The notes under the pieces were generated by a model. It worked only from the letters and a program-made list of their open reading frames with translations. It did no database searches and was not told the origin of the DNA. The position numbers and the translations under genes are program-made. From positions 53,929 through 117,928 of the forward strand of contig CACCYT010000002.1 of the NCBI GenBank assembly GCA_902550325.1: a stretch of 64,000 nucleotides of DNA, written 5' to 3'. Source of the DNA: an uncultured Bacteroidota bacterium. Lineage in GTDB: Bacteria > Bacteroidota > Bacteroidia > Flavobacteriales > Flavobacteriaceae. Of this stretch, positions 15,864 to 29,135 are shown piece by piece (position 1 is the first letter of the stretch; each line of letters begins with the position of its first letter).

Positions 15864-17528
15864 ATGTGTGGGATTGTCTGTGCTTTAAATATCAATGAGA
15901 ACCCTGAGATTCTAAGGCCTCAGCTTTTAGAAATGTCGAAAAAATTAAGACACCGAGGTCCTGATTGGAGTGGTATATTTAGTGATAAAAATGCTGTTTT
16001 AGCCCATGAAAGACTAGCGATTGTAGACCCAAAGTCTGGCCAACAGCCACTTTACAGTAAAGATGGTAGGTATGTATTGGCTGCCAACGGAGAGATTTAC
16101 AATCACTTAGAATTAAGAGAAAAATATGCTAAAAATCACGATTTCCTGACTGATTCTGATTGTGAAATTATAATAGCTCTTTACAATCTAAAAGGAAAAG
16201 ATTTTTTGAATGATTTAAATGGAATTTTCGGTTTTGTTCTTTATGATTCATTTGAAAATAAATTTTTGGTGGCAAGAGATCATGTAGGTATTATTCCACT
16301 TTACGTTGGATGGGATAAGAATGAAACCATGTATGTCTCCTCTGAGCTAAAAGCCCTTGATGGTAAATGTAAAAAAATTGAAATTTTTCCGCCAGGAAGT
16401 CTTTACCACAGTGATGATAAAGATTATGTCAAATGGTACAGTAAATCTTGGATGAATTTTGAAACAGTTAAAAATAATAAAACAAAAATTGAACTTTTAA
16501 AGAAATCATTAGAGGATGCTGTTCACAGACAACTAATGAGTGATGTACCTTATGGAGTGTTGCTCTCGGGTGGATTAGATTCATCAATAACATCTGCGCT
16601 TGCAAAAAAGTTTTCTGCCAAGAGAATTGAATCTGATGACAAAGACGATGCTTGGTATCCACAATTGCACTCATTTTCTGTTGGCCTAGCAGGATCACCT
16701 GATTTAGAAGCTGCAAGAATTGTTGCTCAACACATAGGCTCTATTCATCATGAAATTAATTTTACGATACAAGAAGGTCTAGATGCTTTAAGAGATGTTA
16801 TATATCATATTGAAACGTATGATGTGACAACTGTTCGAGCATCAACTCCAATGTATTTGATGGCTAGGGTCATAAAGTCTATGGGAATAAAAATGGTTTT
16901 ATCTGGTGAAGGTGCAGATGAAATTTTTGGGGGTTATTTATACTTTCATAAGGCTCCTAATTCACAAGAATTTCACAATGAAACTGTTAGAAAAATTGAA
17001 AAACTTTACCAGTATGATTGTTTAAGGGCAAACAAATCACTTGCAGCCTGGGGTATTGAGGGAAGAGTTCCCTTTTTAGACAAAGAGTTTATGGATGTTG
17101 CAATGAATATCAATCCAAAAGATAAAATGATCAACAAAGAAAGAATGGAAAAGTGGGTTTTAAGGAAAGCTTTCGAAAATTATTTACCAAAACAAGTAGC
17201 TTGGAGACAAAAAGAGCAATTCAGCGATGGTGTTGGTTATTCATGGATTGATAGTTTAAAAGAGTTGGTTGAAAATGAAGTTTCTGATTATGATTTTCAA
17301 AATGCCAATAAAAGATTTCCTTTCCAAACACCTATGAGCAAAGAAGAATATTACTATAGATCAATTTTTGAAGATCATTTTCCCTCTGAAACAGCCGCCC
17401 AAACAGTTCCTTCAGTACCTTCAGTTGCCTGCAGTAGTCCAATAGCTTTAAAGTGGGATAAATCATTTCAAAAATTAAATGATCCATCTGGACGAGCGGT
17501 ACAAAATATTCACAAGGATTCTTATTAA
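15864..17528 (+). CDS. asnB: Asparagine synthase B (glutamine-hydrolysing)
   Basis: MCGI N-terminal nucleophile Cys2, SGGLDSS PP-loop motif, 554 aa. Confidence 0.9.
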   Translation: MCGIVCALNINENPEILRPQLLEMSKKLRHRGPDWSGIFSDKNAVLAHERLAIVDPKSGQQPLYSKDGRYVLAANGEIYNHLELREKYAKNHDFLTDSDCEIIIALYNLKGKDFLNDLNGIFGFVLYDSFENKFLVARDHVGIIPLYVGWDKNETMYVSSELKALDGKCKKIEIFPPGSLYHSDDKDYVKWYSKSWMNFETVKNNKTKIELLKKSLEDAVHRQLMSDVPYGVLLSGGLDSSITSALAKKFSAKRIESDDKDDAWYPQLHSFSVGLAGSPDLEAARIVAQHIGSIHHEINFTIQEGLDALRDVIYHIETYDVTTVRASTPMYLMARVIKSMGIKMVLSGEGADEIFGGYLYFHKAPNSQEFHNETVRKIEKLYQYDCLRANKSLAAWGIEGRVPFLDKEFMDVAMNINPKDKMINKERMEKWVLRKAFENYLPKQVAWRQKEQFSDGVGYSWIDSLKELVENEVSDYDFQNANKRFPFQTPMSKEEYYYRSIFEDHFPSETAAQTVPSVPSVACSSPIALKWDKSFQKLNDPSGRAVQNIHKDSY

Positions 17529-17540
17529 AAAGTTTAATAA

Positions 17541-19571
<2,031 letters not shown>

Positions 19572-19574
19572 AAA

Positions 19575-20507
19575 ATGAAAGTAAGTGTAATAGGTGCTGG
19601 AAATGTTGGTGCAACTGCTGCAGATGTCATGGCCTCTAGATCGATTTGTAGTGAAATTGTTTTGCTTGATATTAAAGAAGGCTTTGCAGAAGGAAAAGCA
19701 TTAGATATAATGCAAACTTCAACTACAAAAGGTTTTGATACAATTATTAAAGGCACGACTGGTGATTATTCAAAAACAAAAAACAGTGATGTTGTAGTGA
19801 TTACATCTGGAATTCCCAGAAAACCAGGGATGAGTAGATCTGAGTTAATTGGTATTAATGCTAAAATAGTTAAAACTGTAACATCAAATATTTTAGAACA
19901 CTCTAAAAACCCAGTAATTGTTGTTGTATCTAATCCAATGGATACCATGACCTATCTGACAATTAAAACTAGTGGTTTAGACAAAAGACGAATCATTGGA
20001 ATGGGAGGTGCTCTTGATAGTTCAAGATTTAAGACATATATTTCAAAGGCTTTGAGTAAACCTGCAAATGATATTCATGGAATGGTTATAGGTGGACATG
20101 GAGATAAAACGATGATTCCATTAAGTAGGTTTGCTAGTTATAATGGTTTACCAATTACTAATTTTTTAAATGCTAACGAGATTGAAAGTGTTATGTCCTC
20201 AACAATGGTTGGTGGGGCTACTCTCACAAAACTTTTAGGTACTTCGGCTTGGTATGCCCCTGGCGCGGCAATTTCTTATCTTGTAGAATCTGTACTAAAT
20301 GATTCGAAAAGGATTATACCGTGTTCTGTATTCTTGGAAGGTGAATATGGACAATCAGACTTATGTATTGGTGTTCCCTGTATCATAGGTAAAAACGGTA
20401 TTGAAGAAATTTTAGATTTAAAATTGAATGATGAAGAAAAACTTAAATTTAAAAATAGTGCTAATTCTGTTAGGGCAATGAACGAAAGTCTTCAAGAAAA
20501 TCTATAA
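19575..20507 (+). CDS. mdh: Malate dehydrogenase (LDH-like type)
   Basis: MKVSVIGAGNVGATAA Rossmann start, GIPRKPGMSR, VSNPMD, and GGHGD catalytic His region. 310 aa. Confidence 0.9.
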   Translation: MKVSVIGAGNVGATAADVMASRSICSEIVLLDIKEGFAEGKALDIMQTSTTKGFDTIIKGTTGDYSKTKNSDVVVITSGIPRKPGMSRSELIGINAKIVKTVTSNILEHSKNPVIVVVSNPMDTMTYLTIKTSGLDKRRIIGMGGALDSSRFKTYISKALSKPANDIHGMVIGGHGDKTMIPLSRFASYNGLPITNFLNANEIESVMSSTMVGGATLTKLLGTSAWYAPGAAISYLVESVLNDSKRIIPCSVFLEGEYGQSDLCIGVPCIIGKNGIEEILDLKLNDEEKLKFKNSANSVRAMNESLQENL

Positions 20508-20528
20508 AAAATTTATCATACATCAAAT

Positions 20529-20560
20529 TTTGTTTTCTGAGTTACTAAATCATATATTTG
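20529..20560 (+). promoter_or_regulatory. Candidate Bacteroidota sigma-A promoter for secDF: TTTG-N20-TAtaTTTG
   Basis: TTTG at 20529-20532 and a perfect TAnnTTTG at 20553-20560 have 20-nt spacing, within the 19-21 nt described for Bacteroides promoters. The element ends 20 nt upstream of the ATG at 20581. Confidence 0.45.
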
Positions 20561-20580
20561 GTGCCGCAATTTAAAAAATT

Positions 20581-23532
20581 ATGCACAATAACGGATTAGT
20601 AAAATTCATTGCCTTTTTTTTCACTTTTGTTTGTGTAATTCAGTTGTCAAATACGTTTTTTACAAATAAAATTGAAAACGAAGCAGATCTATTCTCGGAA
20701 TCAACAGTCAATACTGATCAAGATGATTTTATTATTAAAAGACAGGTTTCAAAAAAATTATATTTAGATTCCATTTCTAATATTGATCAACTTACTTTTT
20801 TACCAAAAATTTTAAGACCAACCTATTCTACTTTCAAATCAAAGGAATTAAAAAGAGGTTTGGACTTACAGGGTGGAATTAATGTTATTTTACAAATTTC
20901 TGTAAAGGATATACTCAAAGGTCTAGCTGAAAACACATCCGATCCCGATTTCAATAGAGCCTTAAGTGAGGCAGATGTCCTTCAAAAAAGTTCTAATGAT
21001 AACTACATTGAGTCATTTTTTCTTGCATTTGAGTCCATCGCTCCAAATAAAAATTTAGCATCACCGGATATATTTGCAAACAGAACTCTTAGCGATGATA
21101 TAAATTTTCAAATGTCGAACAATGATGTCAAACCTATTTTAAGAATTAAAATTGATGAATCCATTGTTTCAGCCTTTGAGGTTTTACGAAAAAGAATTGA
21201 TCAATTTGGTGTTACAAGTCCTAATATTCAAAGGCTTGGTAATTCTGGAAGAATATTAGTGGAACTTCCAGGTGCAAAAGATATTGATAGAGTCAAAAAA
21301 CTACTTCAAAGCACAGCTCAGTTAGAATTTTGGACATCTGAAAAGAATCAAGATTATTTTAGATTCCTTTCAGATGCTAACCAAGTCTTGAAAGAAATAT
21401 ACAAAGATGAAGAAACTGATAATGTTGAGGAAAAGTCAGAAATTGATGACCTACTTGCTGATGTTGAGGTGAATGATTCTATTAATGTTGAGAAAAACCC
21501 TTTATTAGACCTTATCGTTGGTACAGGTTTTCAAGGTGGACCTGTATTAGCTCAGTTTAACCTGAAAGATAAGGAGCTTGTAAATGAATATTTATCAAAT
21601 TCCAAGGTTAGACAATTATTACCACCAAGTAAAAGATATACTAAGTTTTTATGGGGTCTTCCGGATTCCGAAACTAATATTATTGACTTGTATGTTCTAA
21701 AATCTAATAGAAGAGATTTACCACCACTAAGCGGTAGCGTTGTGGTAGATGCATCTCAGTCTTATGATCAATTTGGTAATGCGGCCGTTGTGATGCAAAT
21801 GAATGGAACAGGAGCAAGAGTTTGGGAAGATTTAACTGGCCAAGCATATGCTGATGAAACTAATATTGCTATTGTTCTTGATGAAATGGTTTACTCTGCA
21901 CCTGGTGTAACAAGTGGAGCTATCTCTGGGGGAAGATCTGAAATAACAGGGAATTTTACTTTGGACGAGGCCCTAGATTTGGCAAATGTTTTAAGAGCGG
22001 GTAAATTACCAGCATCTGCAGATATCATTCAATCTGAAGTAATTGGTCCTACACTCGGGCAAGAATCTATTCAAAAGGGTACGTACTCATTTATAATTGC
22101 TCTTATTTTAGTATTGATTTGGATGTACTTTTATTATGGGAGAGCTGGACTTTACGCAGATGTTGCTTTATCTTTAAATATCTTACTTATTTTCGGTTTA
22201 TTATCTGGTTTAGGGGCCGTTCTTACATTACCAGGAATTGCAGGTATAGTATTAACAATTGGTATGTCGGTTGATGCAAATGTGCTAATTTTTGAAAGGG
22301 TACGTGAAGAAATTTACAGAGAAAAGGGACAAAAACAAGCAATTGCTGATGGTTTTAGCAATGCATTATCATCCATTTTAGATGCAAATGCTACCACGGG
22401 TGTTACTGCACTAGTTTTATTTATTTTTGGTACAGGCCCAATTAAGGGGTTCGCAACCACACTATTAATAGGTATTTTAACCTCATTATTTACTGCGATT
22501 TTTATCACAAGAATGTTGGTTGAATGGTATATTTCATCAGGAAAAAAATTAGATTTTTCTACCCCATTAACAAAAAACTTATTTAGAAACCTATCCATAT
22601 CTTTCCTTGGAAAAAGAAAAATTTCATATGTCATATCTGGATCTTTTATTTTTATAGCTATTTTTTCTTTATTTATTAATAATTTGAACCAGGGAGTTGA
22701 TTTTGTTGGAGGAAGATCATATGTTGTGAGATTTGAAAACCCTATCAATCAACTTCAGGTCCAGCAAAAACTTATCGAATCTTTGGGTAATGCTGAGGTA
22801 AAAACTTTTGGAGCAGAAAACCAGTTAAAAATAACAACAAACTACAAAGTTGATGTAGACGATTCAAGTGTTGATGATGAGATAAATCGTATTCTATTTT
22901 CTGATTTAAATTATTTAATTGGTAATAATGTTGATTACAATTCATTTGTTAATGGTGATGAAAATAAAACTGTTGGAATTATGTCATCGATAAAGGTTGG
23001 TCCTACAATTGCTGATGATATTAAAACCAACTCTTTTATTGCTGTAATTGGATCTCTAATTTTTGTTTTTCTATACATTTTAATAAGATTTAAGGACTGG
23101 CAGTTTTCACTTGGAGCAGTTTCTGCTGTTTTTCACGATGTAATGGTTGTTTTGGGTATATTTTCACTAGCCTACAAGATCATGCCATTTAATATGGAAA
23201 TTAATCAGGCATTTATCGCTGCTGTTCTTACTGTGATTGGATACTCATTAAATGATACAGTAGTTGTTTTTGATAGGATTAGAGAATATAGGAATATAAA
23301 TACTTCCTGGGAAATCACCAGAGTAGTTAATACGGCTTTGAACAGTACTTTGAGCAGAACATTGAACACATCATTTACCACACTATTAGTGCTATTGACT
23401 ATTTTTATTTTTGGGGGAGAATCTATCAGAGGCTTTATGTTTGCTTTAATTATTGGAGTAATTATTGGAACTTACTCATCTGTTTTTGTTGCAACACCAA
23501 TTATGTTTGATACTTTAAAAAAAGTCAAATAA
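20581..23532 (+). CDS. secDF: Protein translocase subunit SecDF (fused SecD-SecF)
   Basis: 983 aa. The LDLQGGINV SecD start, two 6-TM RND-like bundles and the SecF-type C-terminal half form the fusion typical of Bacteroidota. Confidence 0.9.
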   Translation: MHNNGLVKFIAFFFTFVCVIQLSNTFFTNKIENEADLFSESTVNTDQDDFIIKRQVSKKLYLDSISNIDQLTFLPKILRPTYSTFKSKELKRGLDLQGGINVILQISVKDILKGLAENTSDPDFNRALSEADVLQKSSNDNYIESFFLAFESIAPNKNLASPDIFANRTLSDDINFQMSNNDVKPILRIKIDESIVSAFEVLRKRIDQFGVTSPNIQRLGNSGRILVELPGAKDIDRVKKLLQSTAQLEFWTSEKNQDYFRFLSDANQVLKEIYKDEETDNVEEKSEIDDLLADVEVNDSINVEKNPLLDLIVGTGFQGGPVLAQFNLKDKELVNEYLSNSKVRQLLPPSKRYTKFLWGLPDSETNIIDLYVLKSNRRDLPPLSGSVVVDASQSYDQFGNAAVVMQMNGTGARVWEDLTGQAYADETNIAIVLDEMVYSAPGVTSGAISGGRSEITGNFTLDEALDLANVLRAGKLPASADIIQSEVIGPTLGQESIQKGTYSFIIALILVLIWMYFYYGRAGLYADVALSLNILLIFGLLSGLGAVLTLPGIAGIVLTIGMSVDANVLIFERVREEIYREKGQKQAIADGFSNALSSILDANATTGVTALVLFIFGTGPIKGFATTLLIGILTSLFTAIFITRMLVEWYISSGKKLDFSTPLTKNLFRNLSISFLGKRKISYVISGSFIFIAIFSLFINNLNQGVDFVGGRSYVVRFENPINQLQVQQKLIESLGNAEVKTFGAENQLKITTNYKVDVDDSSVDDEINRILFSDLNYLIGNNVDYNSFVNGDENKTVGIMSSIKVGPTIADDIKTNSFIAVIGSLIFVFLYILIRFKDWQFSLGAVSAVFHDVMVVLGIFSLAYKIMPFNMEINQAFIAAVLTVIGYSLNDTVVVFDRIREYRNINTSWEITRVVNTALNSTLSRTLNTSFTTLLVLLTIFIFGGESIRGFMFALIIGVIIGTYSSVFVATPIMFDTLKKVK

Positions 23533-24340
23533 GTTTATTTTTTTCAATTGATTTTCTGACACTTCCTGTAGAGCTAATTAACTCACTCGCCTGAGAATGG
23601 CTGATTTTCAATTCATCAATTAAAATATTTTCTGCCCTATTTATTAGTTTATTATTGGTTAGTTGCATATCAATCATTTTATTTCCTTTGATTCTACCCA
23701 TTTTAATCATGAGGGTGGTGGATATGATATTAAGAATCAATTTCTGAGCCGTACCTGCCTTCATTCTAGTGCTCCCAGTGATAACTTCAGGACCGACAAC
23801 AACTTCTATTGGAAATTTTGTGTTTTTAGCTAATGGGGATCTTTTATTACAAGTAATACATCCAGTTAGAATATTTTCTTCATTACATTTTTTTATTGCT
23901 CCGACTACATAAGGTGTAGATCCAGAAGCCGCAATACCTATAACAGAATCTTTACTATTAATTTTATGTTTTTTTAGATCTTTCCAGCCTAAATCAAAAC
24001 TATCTTCTGCAAATTCTTTAGACTTTCTTATTGCTTTATCACCACCTGCAATTAACCCGATTACCATATTATCTTTAACTCCAAATGTTGGTGGGCACTC
24101 TGATGCATCAACTATTCCTAATCGACCACTTGTTCCAGCCCCAATATAAAAAAGTCTACCTCCCTTAACCAAGTTTTTAAGTATCTGTTTTATAAGTTGG
24201 TCAATTTTGGGTAACACTTTCTCAACTGAGTAAGCAACTGACTTATCTTCATTATTAATAATTTCAATGATTTCCTTGGTTGATTTCTTTTCTAAATCAT
24301 TATAATTTGAATCACTTTCTGTGATTTTTTTAAAGCTCAT
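23525..24340 (-). CDS. murQ: N-acetylmuramic acid 6-phosphate etherase
   Basis: 271 aa. SIS domain with GAGTSGRLGIVDASECPPTFG, STRMKAGTAQK and the C-terminal UBA-like tail typical of MurQ. Confidence 0.85.
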   Translation of the reverse strand: MSFKKITESDSNYNDLEKKSTKEIIEIINNEDKSVAYSVEKVLPKIDQLIKQILKNLVKGGRLFYIGAGTSGRLGIVDASECPPTFGVKDNMVIGLIAGGDKAIRKSKEFAEDSFDLGWKDLKKHKINSKDSVIGIAASGSTPYVVGAIKKCNEENILTGCITCNKRSPLAKNTKFPIEVVVGPEVITGSTRMKAGTAQKLILNIISTTLMIKMGRIKGNKMIDMQLTNNKLINRAENILIDELKISHSQASELISSTGSVRKSIEKNKLI

Positions 24341-24349
24341 ATTTTAAAA

Positions 24350-25165
24350 TTACTCAATGAAAATGTTTTTTAAAATAAATTCGTCATATTCACAAACCTT
24401 AAAGTATCCAAAAACTGTTGAATCATCGTTTTTAGAATTTATAATATTTCCTAAAATTGGAGCAGGAGGCGTTGAAAATGGACCATTTTGAGTATTAGTC
24501 TGAATAACAATTTGAATCATATATTTGAAATAATCATAATCAATTCCCTCCATCCTAACAATTAATTCTCTATTTTGAGGAATATTATTTTTATCAATAA
24601 AGTATGAGAAGGTAAATGAATTACCATTTATATAAAGATCCCTTGCTGGTTGAAGATTCCCTTTTTTTCCGTATTCGAACAAATAATAATTATCTAGTTC
24701 TGGTTTATCAGTGAAAGTAGTTACGATCTCTATTAAGTCATCACTTAATGTATTTATCTGTCCTTGAACTACATTATCAATTAAACTGGATTTTGTTAAT
24801 TTTTCAGTGGATATAAATCGGTTATTTCCATGAATTATTACCAATTCATATTCACTTTCTGGTACAATATCAAAACTATTAATAGAATAAAAACCTTCAT
24901 CAAAATGATTTAGTATATATTCATTGCCAGTTTGTTTTTCAATTATCTTAACATTAGCATCAATAACATATTCTATTAAATCACTAAAGTAGGGTCTAGA
25001 TTTGCTTATTCTCACCTCTGAAAATGCTTTATCAGAGTTAACGTGTTTATTTATTTTGGCATCAATTACATAATTCTCTTCATTAAAATTTAAGTCAATT
25101 TCAATAACTTTTTCACATCCAAAATTGAAAATCACTAAAAACAACAATAGGAAATATTTTTTCAT
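24350..25165 (-). CDS. DUF4249 family lipoprotein (partner of the upstream TonB-dependent receptor)
   Basis: Lipobox FNFGCEKV, ~270 aa, immediately downstream of and 1 nt overlapping a CarboxypepD_reg-type TonB-dependent receptor. This is the conserved Bacteroidota pairing. The ending VFGYF... also resembles DUF4249. Confidence 0.6.
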   Translation of the reverse strand: MKKYFLLLFLVIFNFGCEKVIEIDLNFNEENYVIDAKINKHVNSDKAFSEVRISKSRPYFSDLIEYVIDANVKIIEKQTGNEYILNHFDEGFYSINSFDIVPESEYELVIIHGNNRFISTEKLTKSSLIDNVVQGQINTLSDDLIEIVTTFTDKPELDNYYLFEYGKKGNLQPARDLYINGNSFTFSYFIDKNNIPQNRELIVRMEGIDYDYFKYMIQIVIQTNTQNGPFSTPPAPILGNIINSKNDDSTVFGYFKVCEYDEFILKNIFIE

Positions 25166-27519
25166 TAAAATTTGAAATTATAGGTTACTGATGGAACAAT
25201 ACCAAAAATTGAAATCTGAACAGCCTCGTTTTTCAATGTTTCATTGTTCCTTCTGAAAATAATTGAAGCTGCATTATCTCTGTTGTAAAGGTTATAAATT
25301 CCAAAAACCCATGTGCTTTCAACTTTTCCTTTACTTTTATTCGGTTGTAATGTTAAATTAATATCTAATCTGTGATAATTTGGAAGTCTTGATGAATTAC
25401 GCTCTCCGTAGTTAGGTATATTCAAATTCATATAATTGTATTGAGAATTCGGGTAATTTGTAGGCTGTCCTGTTTGGTAAATAAAATTTCCCACCAATTT
25501 TAGTTTATTATTAATCTTGTATTCAGAATTTATACTTAGATCATGTGTTTTATCATATGGTGTGTCATACCAGTTTGAAAAATTGATTCCTGTTTCATTT
25601 CTATTTCTGCCTGGTGTTTTTTGTTCAGATTTGGAGATGGTGTAAGCAATCCAATATTTATGTCTGCCCTGAATCTTTTTTAGTAAAAATTCAATACCGT
25701 AGGCTCTAGCATCACCCGAAATAACAACAGTTTCTATATTGTCATTACCAACTAAGTCGGCACCATCAACATAATCAAGTCTGTTTTTAATTTTTTTATA
25801 AAATATTTCCGACTCGAATTTTATAGGCTTTGATGTCTTATAAAAGCCAAATGCAAATTGATCCAGTATCTGAGGTTTCAAATATGGGCCACTAGGCACC
25901 CATATATCTAAGGGAGTTGGAGAGCTAGTATTTGATATCAAATGTAAATATTGGTTTAGTCGATTGTAACTTAATTTTAAACTTTGATTACCAAAAGAAT
26001 AAGAAATATTCATTCTTGGTTCTATATTATTATAGGTTTTAAAAACAGATGAATTGTTATCAAAACTATTAATCAATGGATTTGCTGGATTATATATTCT
26101 TAAGTCTTCATCATAATCTAGTGGATTATCATTTATGTAAGATTGTAATCCTTGTTGTCTAAGTCTCAGAAATTGATTAAAACGAAAACCGTATCTGATT
26201 GACAGGTTGGAGTTAATTTTATTTATGACATCAAAATATAACGAACTTTCAATAGCATACTTTGCATTTAGTTTCGAATAATTTATTCCAGAATCTTCAT
26301 TGAGGGGACTAATTTCACCTGGATTAAAATCAAAATAAAGTAGATTAATTCCATAATTGAATTGGAATTTACTCGAAAAATAATTTTTGATATCAAACTT
26401 AAGATTTAAATTTTTTATACTTGACTCCCAATCAAAACCACCAAAATCTAGCTGTAAACCGTAATAATAATTACTATAAATTAATGATGTATTACTAAAT
26501 GTTTTTTCATTAATTAAATTGTTCCATCTTAGATTGAGGGTATTATTTCCGTATGTATTAGAAAATGTATCTTGTAACTTAAATACGTCTCTTCCAAAGT
26601 ATCCTGAAACATAAATTTTATTCCTTTCGTTCAAGACGAAATTTGATTTTGTATTTAGATCATAGAAATATGCAACATTTTCAATATCAGTCAACTTTAA
26701 AAATAAATGAGCATATGAACCTCTGGATGCGAATAGAAAAGAACTCTTATTTTTTTGAATGGGTCCTTCTATCAAAAACCTGCTAGATATTGAACCAATC
26801 CCACCATTGGCTTCAAACTTTTGATTATTACCGTCTTTTTGATATACATCTAAAACAGATGATACTCTTCCTCCGTAAGATGATGGTATCCCACCCTTAT
26901 ATAGTTTTACTTCTTTAATTGCATCTGAGTTGAATACTGAAAATAATCCAAATAAGTGTGATGAGTTATAAATAATTGCTTCATCAAATAAAATTAAATT
27001 TTGATCTGCTGCTCCCCCACGAACATTGAATCCAGATGAACCTTCGCCTGCACTTGATACACCAGGCAGTAGTTGAATAGTCTTTAAAAGATCAGATTCA
27101 CCAAATACAACAGGTGTTTGTCTAATTGTTTTTCCTGATAAAATATTCATACTTAAAATAGGTAGCTTTATATCTACATCTTCAATATCTTTGCTTAAAA
27201 CAACCTCATCAAGTGAATCTACATATTCTTTAAGAAAAACATTTAATGAAATATTTTTATCAAGGATCAAATTCAATGATTCATTTTCATAACCAAGATT
27301 TTGAAAATTTAATTTATAGTTTCCTTCATTTAAGGTTAATGAAAAAAAACCATAACTATTAGTTATAGTACCAATTTTGAGTTCTTGCACAATTACACTT
27401 GCACCAATTATAAGCTCTTTACTATCACTATCTTGAACATACCCACTAATGGTAAATGATTTTTGGGTAAAAATTAAATTGAAGTTTAAAATAAGTAAAA
27501 GAAAAATTACTTTTCTCAC
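25165..27519 (-). CDS. TonB-dependent receptor with an N-terminal carboxypeptidase-regulatory-like domain
   Basis: Signal peptide. ISGYVQDSDSKELIIGASV is the CarboxypepD_reg beta-sandwich. The plug region is LLKTIQLLPGVSSAGEGSSGFNVRGG..DQNLILFDEA. A long beta-barrel ends in an aromatic residue (TYNFKF). The start is GTG, 2 nt after the icd stop. Confidence 0.85.
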   Translation of the reverse strand: MRKVIFLLLILNFNLIFTQKSFTISGYVQDSDSKELIIGASVIVQELKIGTITNSYGFFSLTLNEGNYKLNFQNLGYENESLNLILDKNISLNVFLKEYVDSLDEVVLSKDIEDVDIKLPILSMNILSGKTIRQTPVVFGESDLLKTIQLLPGVSSAGEGSSGFNVRGGAADQNLILFDEAIIYNSSHLFGLFSVFNSDAIKEVKLYKGGIPSSYGGRVSSVLDVYQKDGNNQKFEANGGIGSISSRFLIEGPIQKNKSSFLFASRGSYAHLFLKLTDIENVAYFYDLNTKSNFVLNERNKIYVSGYFGRDVFKLQDTFSNTYGNNTLNLRWNNLINEKTFSNTSLIYSNYYYGLQLDFGGFDWESSIKNLNLKFDIKNYFSSKFQFNYGINLLYFDFNPGEISPLNEDSGINYSKLNAKYAIESSLYFDVINKINSNLSIRYGFRFNQFLRLRQQGLQSYINDNPLDYDEDLRIYNPANPLINSFDNNSSVFKTYNNIEPRMNISYSFGNQSLKLSYNRLNQYLHLISNTSSPTPLDIWVPSGPYLKPQILDQFAFGFYKTSKPIKFESEIFYKKIKNRLDYVDGADLVGNDNIETVVISGDARAYGIEFLLKKIQGRHKYWIAYTISKSEQKTPGRNRNETGINFSNWYDTPYDKTHDLSINSEYKINNKLKLVGNFIYQTGQPTNYPNSQYNYMNLNIPNYGERNSSRLPNYHRLDINLTLQPNKSKGKVESTWVFGIYNLYNRDNAASIIFRRNNETLKNEAVQISIFGIVPSVTYNFKF

Positions 27520-27521
27520 TT

Positions 27522-28748
27522 TTATGACATCTTTGAGTCTAGGTTTAATTTTATCTCATCAAGAAATTCCTGAGTGTTTAGATAATGTTGTCTTTTCAGG
27601 TTACTTTTATGAATCAAGATTGCTAAATCTTTAGTCATTTTACCAGACTCAACAGTTTCTATACAAACATTTTCAAGTAAATTACAGAAGATAAGTAGTT
27701 TATCATTGCCATCAAGTTCAGCTCTGTGAATCAAACCACGTGTCCAAGCAAAAATTGATGCAATTGGATTTGTTGATGTTTCTTTTCCTTTTTGGTGTAG
27801 CCTGAAATGCCTAGTTACTGTACCATGAGCAGCCTCAGCTTCCATCGTTTTACCATCAGGTGTAACTAAAGTTGAAGTCATTAACCCTAATGAACCAAAA
27901 CCTTGAGCAACAGTATCAGATTGCACATCACCATCATAATTTTTGCAGGCCCATACAAACCCACCTTCCCATTTCATAGCGGCTGCAACCATATCATCAA
28001 TTAATCTATGTTCATATGTGATACCAATTTCTCTGAACTTGTCTTTAAATTCGTTTTCGTAAACTTCATGAAAAATATCTTTAAATCTTCCGTCATATGC
28101 TTTAAGAATAGTATTTTTTGTAGATAGGTATAATGGCCAACCTTTGGAAATTGCTCTGTTCATACATGACCTTGCAAACCCGTAAATTGATGATTCAATA
28201 TTGTACATACCCATTGCAATTCCATCTTCTTGAAAATTATATATTTCCCAAGTTTTGGGTTTATCTCCATTTTCAGGTGTAAAAGTCATGGTTAACTTAC
28301 CTTTTCCGTGGGTTAAGATGTCAGTTGCTTTGTATTGATCACCAAAGGCGTGTCTCCCAATACATATTGGTTTTACCCATCCTTGGACATATCTTGGTAT
28401 ATTCTTCATTATGATTGGCTCTCTAAAAACTGTGCCTCCTATTATGTTTCTGATTGTCCCGTTGGGAGATTTCCACATCTTTTTTAGTGTGTATTCCTTT
28501 ACACGTTGTTCATCAGGTGTAATTGTTGCACATTTCACACCTACGTTATATTTTTTTATTGCCTCTGCTGCATCGACAGTGACTTGATCATCAGTGAAAT
28601 CTCTGTTTTTGATTCCAAGATCATAATATTTAATATCTAAATCAAGGTAGGGTAGTATGAGTTTCTTTTTAATAAAATCCCAGATAACCCTTGTCATTTC
28701 ATCTCCATCTATCTCAACAATCGGATTATCTACTCTAATTTTATTCAT
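27522..28748 (-). CDS. icd: NADP-dependent isocitrate dehydrogenase (homodimeric, eukaryote-like subfamily II, ~408 aa)
   Basis: [54 protein letters not shown] and AAHGTVTRH are hallmarks of IDH1/2-type enzymes. Confidence 0.9.
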   Translation of the reverse strand: MNKIRVDNPIVEIDGDEMTRVIWDFIKKKLILPYLDLDIKYYDLGIKNRDFTDDQVTVDAAEAIKKYNVGVKCATITPDEQRVKEYTLKKMWKSPNGTIRNIIGGTVFREPIIMKNIPRYVQGWVKPICIGRHAFGDQYKATDILTHGKGKLTMTFTPENGDKPKTWEIYNFQEDGIAMGMYNIESSIYGFARSCMNRAISKGWPLYLSTKNTILKAYDGRFKDIFHEVYENEFKDKFREIGITYEHRLIDDMVAAAMKWEGGFVWACKNYDGDVQSDTVAQGFGSLGLMTSTLVTPDGKTMEAEAAHGTVTRHFRLHQKGKETSTNPIASIFAWTRGLIHRAELDGNDKLLIFCNLLENVCIETVESGKMTKDLAILIHKSNLKRQHYLNTQEFLDEIKLNLDSKMS

Positions 28749-28752
28749 TTTA

Positions 28753-29103
28753 TTATGTTTTGACTTCTTTCAATCTGGCTTTTTTGCCTCTCAGATTTTT
28801 AAAGTAGTAAATTCTTGATCTTCTAACTTTACCTTTTTTATTTACTTCAATCTTTTTAAGAGTAGGTAGATTGATTGGAAATATTCTTTCAATTCCAAAT
28901 GTTCCTGACATTTTTCTAATTGTAAAGGTCTTAGTTTTACCCTTTCCTTTTATTTGAATAACAACTCCCTTAAAAAATTGTGTTCTAGATTTTTCACCTT
29001 CTTTTATTTCGTAGTATACCGTGATTGTGTCTCCAGCTTTAAATTCAGGAAAGCTTTTCGGCTCAATATATTCATCTTGAACATATTTAATTAGAGATTC
29101 CAT
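28753..29103 (-). CDS. rplS: 50S ribosomal protein L19
   Basis: 116 aa. [29 protein letters not shown] and FTIRK...GIERIFP are typical of L19. It lies downstream of trmD, the conserved order. Confidence 0.95.
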   Translation of the reverse strand: MESLIKYVQDEYIEPKSFPEFKAGDTITVYYEIKEGEKSRTQFFKGVVIQIKGKGKTKTFTIRKMSGTFGIERIFPINLPTLKKIEVNKKGKVRRSRIYYFKNLRGKKARLKEVKT

Positions 29104-29135
29104 AATTTGTAGTTTAAATTAGTCTAGTCAACATT

